Shown one piece after another: positions 1-14,600 of a stretch of 64,000 nucleotides of DNA (positions are counted from its first letter, which is position 1; the number at the start of each line of letters is the position of its first letter). Under the pieces are notes generated by a model that had not been told where the DNA came from, searched no databases, and worked only from the letters and a program-made list of their open reading frames with translations. The translations under genes and the position numbers were made by a program. The DNA is taken from assembly GCF_009914755.1 (NCBI RefSeq), contig NC_060932.1; one strand, given 5' to 3'. The DNA comes from the human T2T-CHM13v2.0 reference genome, Homo sapiens.

Positions 1-1484
1 ATTTTTTATCACTAGGTATTCAGTAGCCAATCATGTGGTATACATTCCTTTTTATGCTAGCTTTTAGTGGTCTTTGATTAATGGGTGGACTCCAGAAGTT
101 TTATTTATGTTAAAGGGTGAATGTATCTCAAAAAGAACTGCAGAGAGAGAAATAAGCCCTTAAAAATTTCAATGATTTAATATGCATGGTTAACTTTATA
201 AATGTCAGAGAAGGATATTGTTTGTTTTTCTGTAGATTAATTGGTCAAATAACTGTATCTTTGATATAAGAAGACAGTGGATTGCTTTTACCTTTGGAAT
301 TTGAATAGGAAAGATAGTACTTGGAGATTTTTATATTACCTTACATATCATGTGCCAGAAATACATGTATGTATATGTGTGTGTGTGTGTGCATGTTTCA
401 AAATTTTTCTTTTTTTCACCTTTTAAATGTAGAAATAGCTTCAGTTTTCCCTTGTTAAGTCATGGCTTTGCGAGTCTTTAAAGGTATTATTCTAGTTTGT
501 TTTAAGTGTTAACTCTACATGATCAATGGTTTACATTTACATGAAAAGCTGCTTTCACAATGAGTGAGTTTCAGTGGGCTCTTTAGCTCTTGTGTTTGTT
601 GTTGTGGAATGGTGGGCCCAACGTGCAAAATAGCAGATAAATAAGGAAGACCTCTTTTAGAAATAGCATGAGTCAAATTTAGTAAATTACATTTTTCTTT
701 AGATTGGACAGAATTTTCTACCCTAGATATTTTTTAAGGCCCTTTATGAATTCCAGCTTCTGTCTTTTCTTATATTTATGGTTTCACTAAAATCCTCAGG
801 TAGCGAAATACCTGCACTCATGAATCATTTGCAGATAATAGTGGTTTAGACATTCTCTGTTCAAATTGATAATGGGTATCTGATCCAAAGCGATGCACAT
901 TTTTAAGGTCTATATAAGGAGCTCATGGGGGAAAAGTCCCTTTCTTTCAGATCTCATGTACATCATCACGTCAGTAGTTAGTATCCTAGATGTAGAAATG
1001 TAGAATAAGGCAAACTGGAGAGCTCTTCTATTGTTTGAGTCTCCAGATTACTTTATAAAAAGCACATCTACTCCAGACAGAATCCCTCTTTACTTTGTGC
1101 TATTAGCACTCTTGTGAAAGATGGAAGTGTACATTTGCATTTTTCTTTGTGCCTGCATTCTTCAAGTATTTGAATCAGTATTTATGAAATTGTCTTTTTG
1201 AAAAGTTATATTTTTAATTATAAAGGAGGAGATCTATGCTTTAAAAAGGTATTGAATTTGTTTAGAATATTTAAACATTTTATATGGTGCTAACATTCTA
1301 TTTCATTAATGTATGGATTGGTTTATTTGAAGGATTTTCTAAGGGTGGAATACATGATTCACTTCAGGGAGTAATCTTGCTGTAATCACTCACTCTCATT
1401 CTGCAGAGTGCATAAGCTGCACCTTGGGAGCTGGTTGAAAACGTGGATTTTTGGATTATACTCACAAAGATTTGAAATTAGTAG

Positions 1485-1795
<311 letters not shown>

Positions 1796-2149
1796 GTGTC
1801 TTTTTTTTTTTTTTTAAATAAGGGAGCCAGATAGGCCTTAAAATACATCATTCACTCTCTGATGGAGATTTAAGCAGATAAATTACAGTGTCTAATGTAT
1901 ACATGTAACCTTGATGTATCTAGCATCAGTCCCACTTGTAGCCCAGCTGTACAGATGTCTAGAGTATATTGCGACTGAATGGACAGTGTGGATTCTTCAC
2001 AATCTCCAGTCTCACACCCAGCTCTGTTGGTTTTTGTGAGAAGCCTCACTATAAACAGCGCATTGCTTTTCCTTGCCACAGTACTTGTTGTGTCTGCCTG
2101 AAGCACACTCTTCTCTCACCTCTTTTCTGAGCCTCAGGCCAATTATCAG

Positions 2150-2400
2150 CTACCCAGGGATGTCTCCTGTTACTTCCCTGAGGGTCTCCATTTTAGGAGC
2201 TTTCATCCTACCTATGCTCTTCTTTACAGCACTTGTCACAATTGCAATTTATGTCTCCCTGTGTGAATGTTTGAATTTTACTTGTCTTTTTCACTAGACT
2301 CAAAGCTTTTTTTGGTTTGTTTCTGGTTGCACGCAGTGAACTTAATATCGAGCCTGCACATAGTAGGCTCTTAATCAGTATCCATATGAATGAATGCATC
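2150..2400 (+). mobile_element. L2 3' end fragment
   Basis: cttgtcttttcactagact-like motif, gcacatagtaggctc, terminal tgaatgaatg. Confidence 0.6.
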
Positions 2401-3109
2401 AGAGTTAATCCTTCATCTGGCTTTCTGTTAGAGGTACATAGCAATTAAGGCTGTGAATTAACTTACTGACCTGTTAGTGTGAATGAATGTTTGAAGGACA
2501 CAGGGTATAACATTATCATCTTTAGTAACTCGGGAAGCTTTAAAGGCCCTGGAAGGTAAGTGTTGAGAGGGGAGAGGATGTACACTAAACAAAATCTCTT
2601 GAACTTTCTGTTACAAGAAAAGTTAGAAAGTTACTGGAACTATTGAAGTGCCAAATATAATTAACCATGTATTAATTTCAAATAGGAAGATATGTTAAGA
2701 TAAAGTTTTAGTAAATTCAGATTTTTCTCATGCAAATATTGCTTGTGGTTACTGGAAATGCTTAATACTAATGCCGCTTTCCATCCTCTCTTCAAGAGGA
2801 CAAGAAGATAGGTATAAATAGGAGGATTGAGTGTTTATTGTGTGCTATGTGCCAGGCACTGTGCTTCTTATTTGCATGTAATTTCTCACTTGATCTTCAC
2901 TACCCTATGAATAGCAAGAAGTAAGATTAAAAGCTCCAGGGAACATCCATCTACTCACTCAGTATCTTATTTTTTTAAGCCACTCTTTTGTTTTGCTTTG
3001 TTTTAGATTCCTAGGCCAAGATCTTTAGTGTCTACCCTGCATTCTTGTATTATTTAGAAACCTTTGTAAGAAATAACAAATCCTAGTATGAATAAAATAC
3101 AGATAGTAA

Positions 3110-3388
3110 TAATTATGGTTTACAGAAGTAAAAATGGCAAAGGATTATGATGCCCTTCAGGGTTGCAGGCTGTGGTTCTTTGCTGTCTCCAGGCTCTGCC
3201 CTACTTTGGGCTTTAGACTTATTCTTAGATTAGTTGCTCTCATGGACTCCGTGCAGACATTGGGGAGTAGGGGAGCTCTTCTCTCTAGGCAATTTTAAAG
3301 AAAATATGAACATTAACTCTGATTGCTCTGGCTTGAATTGCATGTCCACTTCTTGAACCAGTCATTGTGCAAGAAAGAAAAAACAACT
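3110..3388. mobile_element. Old MaLR LTR fragment (MLT1J-like), interrupted by Alu
   Basis: gattgctctggcttg...cacttcttgaaccagtcattgtg resembles MLT1 consensus. Confidence 0.4.
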
Positions 3389-3705
<317 letters not shown>

Positions 3706-4854
3706 AAAAAGAATAAACTGAATAGTCTTAGTCATGTCCTGTCTGTTACCCCCCTTGAGACAGCAGGCAGTCAATTTGTCTTAAGCCACATAGAAATTGA
3801 ATGCTCATGGGATGAGAAGGAATAGATTCTGGGAAGGCAGTGTGTGTGTTGGTTTTCTCTTGAAACTAATTATTAAAAGGAATGCAAGCAATGTTATAAG
3901 ATAAATATATTTGGGGATAATTAGTATTTGAAAATTATGTTCTTATCTGGATATACTTTTAGATAACCCTGAATAGTGGTAGTTTTTAAAATATTTCTAT
4001 TTTTAGTCTTCAAGAAGGTTGGTCTATTTACAGTTGAAATTGGACATTATTTAGGAAAAACACATTTCTGATGTCTCTGTCTGTCCTTAAGGTGGCCATG
4101 TATTCGGATGTTTATAATGATGAAATGAATAATTTATAGTACATGGAATAGTGCTACTGGACTAATTGCTTCCCTTTTCTTTTTTTGGCGAGGGTTGCTG
4201 TTCTGTATGTCTAATATGGTAATGCTATCATGGGTAGATATAATAGTTAAAATTTGTCAAAAGCAGACTGTGTGTCCAGCACCGTTCCAGAGTATTGTCT
4301 ATAATTTCTGACACAAGCCTATAAAATAGGCACTAAATACTATCCTCACTTTCCAGGAAAAGAAAGTGAGGTCCCACAATTAGCCAGTGATAAAGTAAAA
4401 ATGCCAACTCATGTCTTTTGCGTCTATAGCTCTTGCTCTAACCATAGTGTTATTTTCTGTCCAGGGTCTTAAAAATGAAAAGAATCTTCTATTCATCGTC
4501 TGAGTAACTTTCACTTACTTGTTGACTTTTTTCCTTTTGCTTCTGAAAACAAGTTTTGTGGAACCCTTCACTACACTTCAGTAATTTACTAAAGAATAAA
4601 GAATATGGAATAGAGGACTTAAGCTTGTTCCGATATTTTCAGTAAACGGAAGTAGGGTTTATAACTATTATTACCATTGTCAAGGATAACAGTGGTCGAA
4701 TCTTAAGTAACAAAATATCTTAATGGAGACATTTGCTTAATGAATTATTTGGCAACAGGGGTTCTGATGTCATGTCCAAATATACTCAGGATACACGCTG
4801 TTACTCTTAAAAGTGATTTTCCTTGACAACTTGATGATATAAAAATTCTTTAAA

Positions 4855-5047
4855 GTTATTTTCCTTTAGCTTTATCGAGATATAATTGACAAATAAAAAT
4901 TATATGTATTTACAGTGGACAGCATGATGTTTTGATATACATATATACTGTGAAATGATTACCAACATCAAGCTAATTAATATATCTATCACCTCACATA
5001 TTTATCTTTTTGTGTGTTTGTGGTGAGAATACTTAAGATCTACTCTT
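4855..5047 (-). mobile_element. L1MA/L1MB 3' end fragment
   Basis: gctttatcgagatataattgacaaataaaaatt...tgtgaaatgattacc...acttaagatctactctt, typical antisense L1M 3' end. Confidence 0.8.
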
Positions 5048-5180
5048 GGCTGGATGCAATGGTTCACGCCTGTAATCCCAGCACTTTGGGAGACCACGGT
5101 AGGAGGATCACTTCAGGGCAGGAGTTTGAGACCAGCCTGGGGAACATAGTGAGACCCTATCCACACACACACCACACACA

Positions 5181-5232
<52 letters not shown>

Positions 5233-5410
5233 CTAGTTGGGTGTGGGGGCATGTGGCTGTAATCTCAGCTACTTAGGAGGCTGAGCCTGGAGGATCACAT
5301 GAGCGCTGAGGATCACATGAGCCCAGGAGGTCCAGATTGCAGTGAACCATGTTCATGCCACTGCATTCTAGCCTGGGTGACAGAAGGAGACTCTGTCTCA
5401 AAGAAACAAA
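5048..5410 (+). mobile_element. AluJ-like element with (CA)n replacing the central A-rich linker
   Basis: Left arm 5048-5160, (CA)n ~5162-5230, right arm; imperfect TSD aagatctactctt / aagatccattctctt. Confidence 0.92.
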
Positions 5411-6489
5411 AGATCCATTCTCTTAGCAAACGACGAATACCCTTGATCATTGTGTGCCTCTCTTTTAGAGCTGGCCAATGTTTACTCTATTACCATAGCA
5501 TGGATAATATTTTCCTCTGAAAATTTTGTGACTAAGTTGATTTTATCTGTTAATTCAGTCAGAGGCACTTTGAAAATGGATATCATCATTGCTATCTCAT
5601 AGACACCTTTTTTGAAACTACCTAAGGATTAGGAAAAATAAATGCCATCTTTGAAGAGAGGCAGACCACAATAGTAACTCATATATTCATATATTTGTCA
5701 CCCTTTCCATCTGTGTTTACAACCCATGCCTACACACCTGTGAATCATCAGCATGTTCATACAGGAGTCTCTGCTGCAATTTCCTTGTGCTTGGTGGATC
5801 TATTAACATAGATACAATTATACTTCATCATTTTAGCTCAGATGGATAGCAACTCGTCTTTCATGGTACAGTTTATTTATTCAAATTAAAGTTTAATTTC
5901 ACTTGTAGATTTGATAAAATGCTTACTCTCTGTTGATTTAGTCTTCTCAAATGTCCAAACATTTTTATAGTTTTACACATCTCTCATGCATGAAAAATTG
6001 AGAATGTGTGTGTTGATTTGCTGGAAATGAGTCATGCACTGAAATCATGCAGATTCCTTTGTGTTATTACAGCCACATAACTGCTATAAGCAGAGAAGAA
6101 AAATAGGAGGAGTTGGCCTGAAAGGAGGTGTTTTCAGTGGCAACAAGCTCTTTGAAATGTAATTGTTATGAAGGAAAATATGAAAGCCTGGTTGAAGAGT
6201 GCATACCTTTGAAAAATATGTACTAGACAAGCAAGATAATGTAGTATTCTCTAAACCATTTTTGACTTCTACATTTTGGAATAAGGACCTGCTAGGTTAT
6301 TTTGAACTTGAAATAGACCACAATTTTAAGGAAAGTTGTAGATTACTTTGTGATATATCACTGATGACAATTGTGCAAACATTTAAAGGCACTAAGGAAA
6401 AAATAGTAAATGGACAAGAAACTGTTTTGATATGTGTTAGTTAAGGGGAACTTTGCTTTAGGATTTGGAGACAAAAATAATAAATATAG

Positions 6490-6740
6490 CCAACATATAT
6501 TTGGTGCTTCCTATGTATCACACACCATTCTACAGAAATAGCAAATATGAATAAATCATTTAATTCTCTCAATGTCTTCATGGGATGTGTACAAACAGCA
6601 TCTCCATTTTATATGTGAAAAATACTGAGGTTAAATACAATTCAGTAACATGTCTACTGTTATATAGCTAGTAAGTGGCCAATCTGAGATTTAAACCCAT
6701 TTCCAGAGCCCGTGTGTTTAAGTTATTATGCTATGGTGTA
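6490..6740 (-). mobile_element. MIR
   Basis: catctccattttatatgtgaaaaatactgaggtt...gctagtaagtggcc...gagatttaaaccc. Confidence 0.7.
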
Positions 6741-8599
6741 TAATTGGTGGGTGAGAAGAAAGTTCATACCTGAAATTTTATATGGTTTTGATAATCAAAT
6801 ATGGTACTGTAAAAATGCTTAGCTCAATGCCTGAAAACTAGTGATAGTTGAAAAATAAGAATTATTATTTACAGTTTTGAGTTAAAGATATAATTTTAAA
6901 TTATTTGAATAAGGATGAGAAATGATCTCGTACCTGGGAAAAAGAAAAAAAAATTGAGATAATCCTACAGTGTCCTCCCAAAGATGATTATTTTAAGGAG
7001 TTTAATATACTTTTGAATATACACTGCTCTGATCCTGGATTTTCATATACTTGTTTGCCTCTAGTGTGTGTTACATGTCACAGACTGGAGATAATGCAGT
7101 TAATCGTTTGGGGAACACATTGATATTATGCAGATGTTTTTGAGTTAAAATGAAAATGGAATTCAGAACTCACATACGTATTATAATAAGGGAAACAGTT
7201 CTCACACATGCAATATAGGAACACTTGACTTCATGGTTTGGGCTCCTGAGGTCTCAAGTGTGTTGACATTACTTTTGATGGCCTGGATTTTTTTTTTTTA
7301 ATGTGTTCTCCAGAATTCACTCAGGAATGTTTAGATGTGATTTTGTATATTTTGATTAACCTATTGTCTTGCAATTACTATAGTTATGTAGTAACCTTTA
7401 TTCCACCTTCATTATGAGAATGCCTGTAGGAAAAATACGTTTGTGCTGGCCTAAAATTCTCCAGTTTCTAATTCTCCTTTTCTAACTAAAAAAAATTGTT
7501 TTGATAACCTGAATTTTTTGATAAACTATTTTGTTAGGAACAGAAATATCCTGTTATTGTAGAAGACTATACCAAAGGGAACAAAAATAAAGAAAATAAC
7601 TATTCAATTGATGAAAGGATCACAAAGACAGATAAATTTAAGTGTTAAATGCATACAGGGCAACAGAACATTGTTTAAGGCAAACATTTTCAAGTACAGA
7701 AAGGCCAGTTCCTATCTTAATACCAAAAAAAGTGAGATAGAAAAATTTGTCTTAAAAGACTTTTAAGTTGATGTAAAAATGCAATGTGTAAAGGAATCAT
7801 GACAACACTTAATATATATATTTGGGCAGCAGCCTCTTAAGTACTATGCAGAAGCTCAACATGCATGTCAATTACTTACTAATATCAACGGGATGTGAAG
7901 GCAGAGCATGGAAAAAATAGGACAAAATCTCCACTTTATTGCAGAATCCAGTGATAAGCTTCGTAACACTAAGAGAAAAAATATAATTTAATTCAGCCTA
8001 ATTAAGTTACACATTGTGGGTACACGCTCACACACATATTTATATATGTATAGATGACATAATCCTTTTCCTCTGGCAGCATTAATCTAGTTGGGTAGAT
8101 AGGCACGTGCATAGGAGCAGATGGTTGATTGTGATAAGCATTGTCGTAGAGGAACAAAGCGTTCCAGTGATGTACTGGGGTGGAGATTATTTCTGGGTGG
8201 GAAGGATATGGGGAAGCTTTTTTTGGAATAGGTGGTTTTTGAGGTGGACTTTGAAGTATGAGTAATTGATAGAGAGATATTTTGTTATATGAAGAAGTGT
8301 CCAAGTTTAGATAACAACGTTAGAAAAGATATATGGACAATTTTAGAGAGTGAGAGACATATGGGGAGGGCTGGGACCTTAAAGTGTTGAGATTAGCTGA
8401 TAATAGACATCTGTCTACAAGACACTGCTGAAGACTTTGAAGACCATCCTCAGTAGTGTGAAAAATGACTGTGGTCACAATGATGACCAGAAATTTACAT
8501 ATATGTTAAAAATTTGATGTAGCTAAAAGGATTAGGATTCAAGATAGTAGACTGAACATATGTGCCCACAGTTCTTGCTGTCTGAAATCCTGTAAAATT

Positions 8600-8611
8600 T
8601 GTGTATGTGTG

Positions 8612-8644
<33 letters not shown>

Positions 8645-8692
8645 ACACACACACGCATGCACACACATGCACACCTCCCCCCCATACACACA
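8600..8692. repeat. Compound (TG)n(TA)n(CA)n microsatellite
   Basis: Seen directly. Confidence 0.9.
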
Positions 8693-9073
8693 CGGTGATC
8701 CAGAAAACAGGAAAGAGGGCCATCAGTAAATCTAGAAACTGTGAGCAATTTCTAGAAGATGGAAAGTAAATAGAACTGTACTCCTAAAAGCAGAAAACCA
8801 ATAATATAGCTCCAGATAGTTTCAAGAAAAAAAACTGCTTTGAAGGATGAGAATATTTCAGTGAAACTCTTAGCTCAGAGAAATATATTAAGGGGGGAGG
8901 GGGGGAGGGATGAGTCAATCATCACAGTATTAATTAATGGCTTTAATAAATTATGTAAATATAAAGGGAATTGCATTTAAATCATAGAATTGATAGAAAA
9001 TTGTAGAAAAAATATGGAACTCAAAAGTTTAAGGGCAAGAATTTGAAGAATAATAATACAATGTGAAACTTTC

Positions 9074-9366
<293 letters not shown>

Positions 9367-9979
9367 AAATCTTTCAAATAACTACAGGAAAAAAATAAGG
9401 AAGAACTTGCCTTCTATGGATATAAACACCTATTATGTAAGTGCAATAATTAGGTCACTAGGTTATATAATAGTGTAAAAAAAGACAAATGAAAGAGTAG
9501 TACAGAATTCATCCAGATATTGTTTCATGCATGTGTAAGTATTTGGTGTGTAATAAATGCATATGAAAGTCATAAATTAGAATGAACTATTTAAGAAATG
9601 TCATTTAGTCAATTGTCTTGCTATTTGGAAATAAATAAAATGAGATGAGACCTCAAATTGTTAATAGCTCTGGCTTCTGGTGAAAGAAGTGGAATAAGGG
9701 AAGCCTAAAAGGAAAGTTATCCTTTTCAAAAATATATGTTTTGGATGATTTTATTAAGACTATATACAGGCATTACTTATATAAAAATGTAAAAGGAAAA
9801 GTTAGGAACGATGTTTGGGAGAACAACATCTTTTAACTTTTCACCATGTAATTAAATGCTATTTTCTACTTAGAACATAATACATCTTTGAAAATGAGAA
9901 GTACAACATTGTGATTTATAAATCAGCAGAGTTTGTCTGTATATTCTTCTGTTAAGATGAGCATTGAAAATATATTTAT

Positions 9980-10251
9980 GGCTGGGCGCGGTGGCTCACG
10001 CCTGTAATCCCAGCACTTTGGGAGGACGAGGTGGGCAGATCATGAGGTCAGGAGTTCGAGACCAGCCTGGCCAACCTAGTGAAACCCTGTCTCTACTAAA
10101 AATACAAAAATTAGCTGGGCATGGTGGTACACACCTGTAATCCCAGCTTACTCGGGAGGCTGAGGCAGGAGAATCGCTTGAACCCGGGAGGTGGAGGTTG
10201 TGCCACTGCACTCCAGCAACAGAGCAAGACTCCATCTTTCAAAAAAAAAAA
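9980..10251 (+). mobile_element. Alu (AluS-like) with small right-arm deletions
   Basis: ggctgggcgcggtggctcacg... to poly-A; ggaggttg joins directly to tgccactgcac. Confidence 0.95.
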
Positions 10252-11945
10252 GAATATATATTTTTGTATAGAGTTCCGATATTGTTATTTCAGTTTGAAA
10301 TTATAACTTTCTTAGGCTCTATTTAGCTGTGTACCTTTGGAAGTTGAAAGCTTTTGTGTGAAACTGACTAGGTTCCATTGCAAAGCCTGTCTTCTTAACC
10401 CTGAAGGTATACTGCCTTTCCTTGTAGCTCAGTGGCTATCATACATTAGGCACTCAGTAAATTTGATGAGTGGAAATATAGCCTAATGGTCTGATAGAAT
10501 TAAATGCTAGGTCTAGTTCTTATTCTAGCCCTAGCTCTGACTTTGAGCAAATTAGTTTTAATTAATTCATTTTTTTCATCTGAAATGGGCTTAAAATTAC
10601 CTGTCTTACATATTTTTTTTGAGATGATAAAATGAAAATATTTAGTACAGTACTTTGTACATAATAAATGGTCAACAAATGTTAGGTACTATTTCTGGAA
10701 GAGGGGTATTCAGTTAAAGTTTTTCAAACATTGACCAAAAAAGCTAATAAAACTTTTACATCCATATTGTGTGAGACTTATACCAGTACCCCAGAGAATG
10801 TAAGCTTGATATCACTTGATGTCTATTAGGAAATGCAGAAAGGCAGATCCAGAGTACAAAATGACGAGCGATTTCCAAACCACTAGCTGGTCTTCCATAC
10901 TGTGTTAGCAATTCTGCAGCCACACTGCTCGCCCTGCTCTTGTGTTGCCCCTCCCCACCAACACCTCCCCAACCAGTGAGTGGTGGGATCGTCAGTATGC
11001 AGTGGCCCAACCAGGAATATACTAAGGTTATGCCTTTTTAGACATCAAGAATCACAGCATCCTGAGCTTTGAAGTAAATCCTCTGAAAGAGTAATTTCTT
11101 CTCTGCTCTATTGCATCTGTCAATTACTGCACCCCCCTACCTCCGTGCCAGTGGTGGTTGTTACTATGTTGGTGAAATTCTCTGCAGACTGACCTTCAAG
11201 GAGCTGTGACACTAAAATACCACAGGCATTTAGTTGCTTTGTTATTTAGAAGAGATGATCAACAAATTGTTTGACATGTTAGGAATTTATTTTTGTGGTA
11301 TGTTGGGTGTGTATAGCCTCAGCATCAACTGAGAGTAATGATGTTCAGGCCCCCCTGTGGTCAAAAGCAACTGGGAGAACATAGTGGCAGCATCACAGTG
11401 AAGGTGTATAGATTATATGTAGCTGCCCATGTGCAAGTCCTGACTTCTCCCCAGACTGCTCCCTGAGCAAGTCTCTAAAATCTGTTTTGTTCACTACATC
11501 AATTTAGAGCTGTACCTACCTAGAGTTACTGTATCAAGTAATATATGAAAATACTCATAGCCTCTAAACACATTTGTTAAGTATCAACTATTAATATATA
11601 TATTTATAGGAAAGTGCTTATACTGCATAATTGAGGCACTTTGGGGAGATATAACTATGTTAATGCTGGAAAGTCTACTAAAGTAGATTAAATGCTATAC
11701 AAAAGTATAATCTTTTCTGGACAGGTTAAGGTTGTCATAATTGTTGGTTTTTATGACCATAAATTCTGTAAGAGGAGAAGGTCTTTGATTCTCAATGGTA
11801 TCCTTAGTACCAACATTTTTTCTCCATCATTTGCAGAGTGAATGAGTAAATAAGTGAAAGATGCCTAAACTATACTTATCACTCCTTTCCGTTTTGCCTT
11901 ATCTAATTTGTCATGGCCCTGGCAATCATAGAAACATTCTTGGGG

Positions 11946-11976
11946 GTGTGTGTGTGTGTATGTGTGTGTGTGTGTT

Positions 11977-12008
<32 letters not shown>
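11946..12008. repeat. Compound (TG)n(TC)n(CA)n microsatellite
   Basis: Seen directly. Confidence 0.9.
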
Positions 12009-14409
12009 TGAAACTATTCAATTTTAGCATTGAAAAATGTTCAGGCCAATACTTTGAGCAAGGTACCCTTTCTTCACTCTGTGGGCAAAGTCAGAAAAAG
12101 AGTCTGTAAAGCCTTTGGTGCGGAACAGGATTTTCTCTCCACATCAGTTTTAGATGGTATCTGTGATCAAAGAGACATATGCTGTTCGTATGCTTCCTCT
12201 GTACTTCAGAACTGGCTGTGACCTGGAGGGTGTACGAGTGCCCTTATGTGGTTGCCTAGAAACTTTGGCTGCACAAGTGTCAACTTTCTTTTACGGCTCT
12301 AAGGGAGAAGGAGCCTCACAGAGAGCTCTAGACTTTGTAGAGGGAGAAAAAAAGATTCTTGTGTGTTTAAAACAAGTGTCTCACCAGGAGATAATGGTCG
12401 AGCTGTGGGTTATAAATGATGCATTTTGTTCTTTTCGTCTCACTGATGGCACAAGGGAAAAAAAAAGTTCATCTCTCGCTTATCAAAATACTGTGACATT
12501 TCTTCTTCCACGGGAAAATTTTCAATCACAATCTTCTGCAGCAATTGACACCAAATGTATCCAATTGTAAAATCCTACAGTGTAATTAAAACCTGTTTGT
12601 GACCCCTATTCTTTTAAGCACCTCACTCAAACTGAAACGTACACACAGACCGTCACTAATATTTGGTTTTAGTTTTGTATTGCATTTCTTTGGGAGCACA
12701 TCTACTACTTAGGCTGCAAATAGTCTTTGGCTCTTGTTCCGTCAATAGTGTATACTGTTGCCATCGGCACAGTTACTTCTGACCTATCAGCTTTATTCAG
12801 TCTGTAAGCTTTGGAGAAAATAAGCCTTACCAAGTTTCTTCGAAAACAAATGTATTTTGAAAGATATTTTAAAAGATGATAAAGGTGAGGGGGCTATTCC
12901 GTGCCAGTCACCTGATGAATATGTCATGATTATTTTGTTTTATGAAAATAGTAGGCTCATTTAGGATTAAACAGTGATTTGACAGAAGAGATTTTTGCTC
13001 TCCAAGCTGCATGTTCCATGTGTAAAAACCAGACTGGTGACTTGGTCAATGTCAAATCGATAGGAATAAGGATTGTGCAACTAAATTTTCAAATATAGAG
13101 TACTAGGCAGTTAGGTGATATGATTTCCATGTCCTCCGTAAGATTAAATTGATTTTGTAATTTTAATGAAAATAGGCATAGCATGTAGAATTTAACATCC
13201 CTCTCAGTTGCTTTAGATGTGTTATATAAAATATATGTCCCAGTTATTTAAAGGACAAACCAGTGTGGTGATGTCCCCAGATAAAGAACTTTTAAGATAG
13301 CTACCCTAATAATAATTGGAGTCTGCATCCACAGCAATTAAAATAAAGCACTTAAAATTATCAAGGCCTACATTTTGAATGATGGTCAGTTTACAATGGT
13401 ATTTAAATAATACATGGACATATTTTTATCAGCTTGCCTGGCCTCAGTGCTCAAATAAGTGTTTGTGAAATGAATGATCCCCACACAGGTGTAAAGTACA
13501 CCCATATGTAAACTCTGTTCTTTATAGCTCTCAAATATTTCCTGATAAATTAATGTATTATATTTTTATAGAAAATTGAGGTGGCAACGCTGTTGTTTTC
13601 AACTTTAGACTTTCTTATCACAGTTAACTGAATTGACATTGTAGCTTTTTAGGGATAATTTTTTTCCCCCTTTCTCTTGAAAATATTCTCACTCATGTCC
13701 TCCCGGCCTCTGCTCTTCAAATATTCCAAATTAATATACAAAATCATTCCCTCCAGAGCCTTATATCTAATGCTAGTTGAACTTCCTGCATATGTTAAAA
13801 CCATAAAATCCAAGAAAGTATGAGGAGGTAAAATGAAAACTTGGGTTTATTCACACTACTGCATGTTATTGTCTACTTTGAAGAAAATGCAAGAAGAATG
13901 TTAGACACAGGTAAGTGCTCAAATCTGATATGAAGAGAAGATACTCAACTGCTGTATTTGGTTGTTTTTATATGTTTGAAATCATTTTTTTCCTCCTAAA
14001 TACAGAAACTACCTGACTAGCCTCTTTGATTTTTTAAATTTTATATTTGCATTTGAGGTTACAATATTGAGTCTTCTTAAAGACAATGGAAATGGTGATC
14101 TCAAGTGAGATAAATTAAAATGGAGAAAATCAGTATCCAACAAGCCACACGGTTGGGTAAAACGCTGATGGAAAACGAAATCTGTATTTGGGGGTATCAA
14201 ATATTTATAAGAGCAAATATACTAATTCATACATTCCTAATTCCATAAAAGTATGATTAAGACCAAATTGTGTCACTTATATACAGTCCAAGTTGGGGTA
14301 CAGGGAAATAAAATGTTTGTAAATTCATAGCTGGGCATGTGTTTTCTCTCCCTTTTTCTCTCTTCTTGTAACATGGGTCTCATCCTGTCCTTCACATCTT
14401 AGGTTGCCT

Positions 14410-14600
14410 CCATTTACCATCTGTGAGACCTTGCACAAGTTATTTAATCTCTCTGTGCCTCAGTTTCTTCACCTTCCCAGTAGTAATAGCAGCATGTATT
14501 TCCTAGGGTTGTTATGAGGAAACGAGGAAAGACTACTTGCAAATTGCATAGAACAGTGCCCTAGGACATAGAAAGTAGGGTGAAAGTTTTTGTTAAATAA
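14410..14600 (+). mobile_element. MIR
   Basis: ctgtgagaccttgcacaagttatttaatctctctgtgcctcagtttc, MIR core. Confidence 0.8.

Noticed and set aside
12154-12570. 138-aa ATG ORF in non-repeat sequence
   Set aside because: No recognisable domain or homology; length compatible with chance in 64 kb across six frames
13905-13916. Strong donor CAG|GTAAGT (similar ones at ~2557 and ~15558)
   Set aside because: No convincing upstream polypyrimidine acceptor; isolated donors are common in long introns
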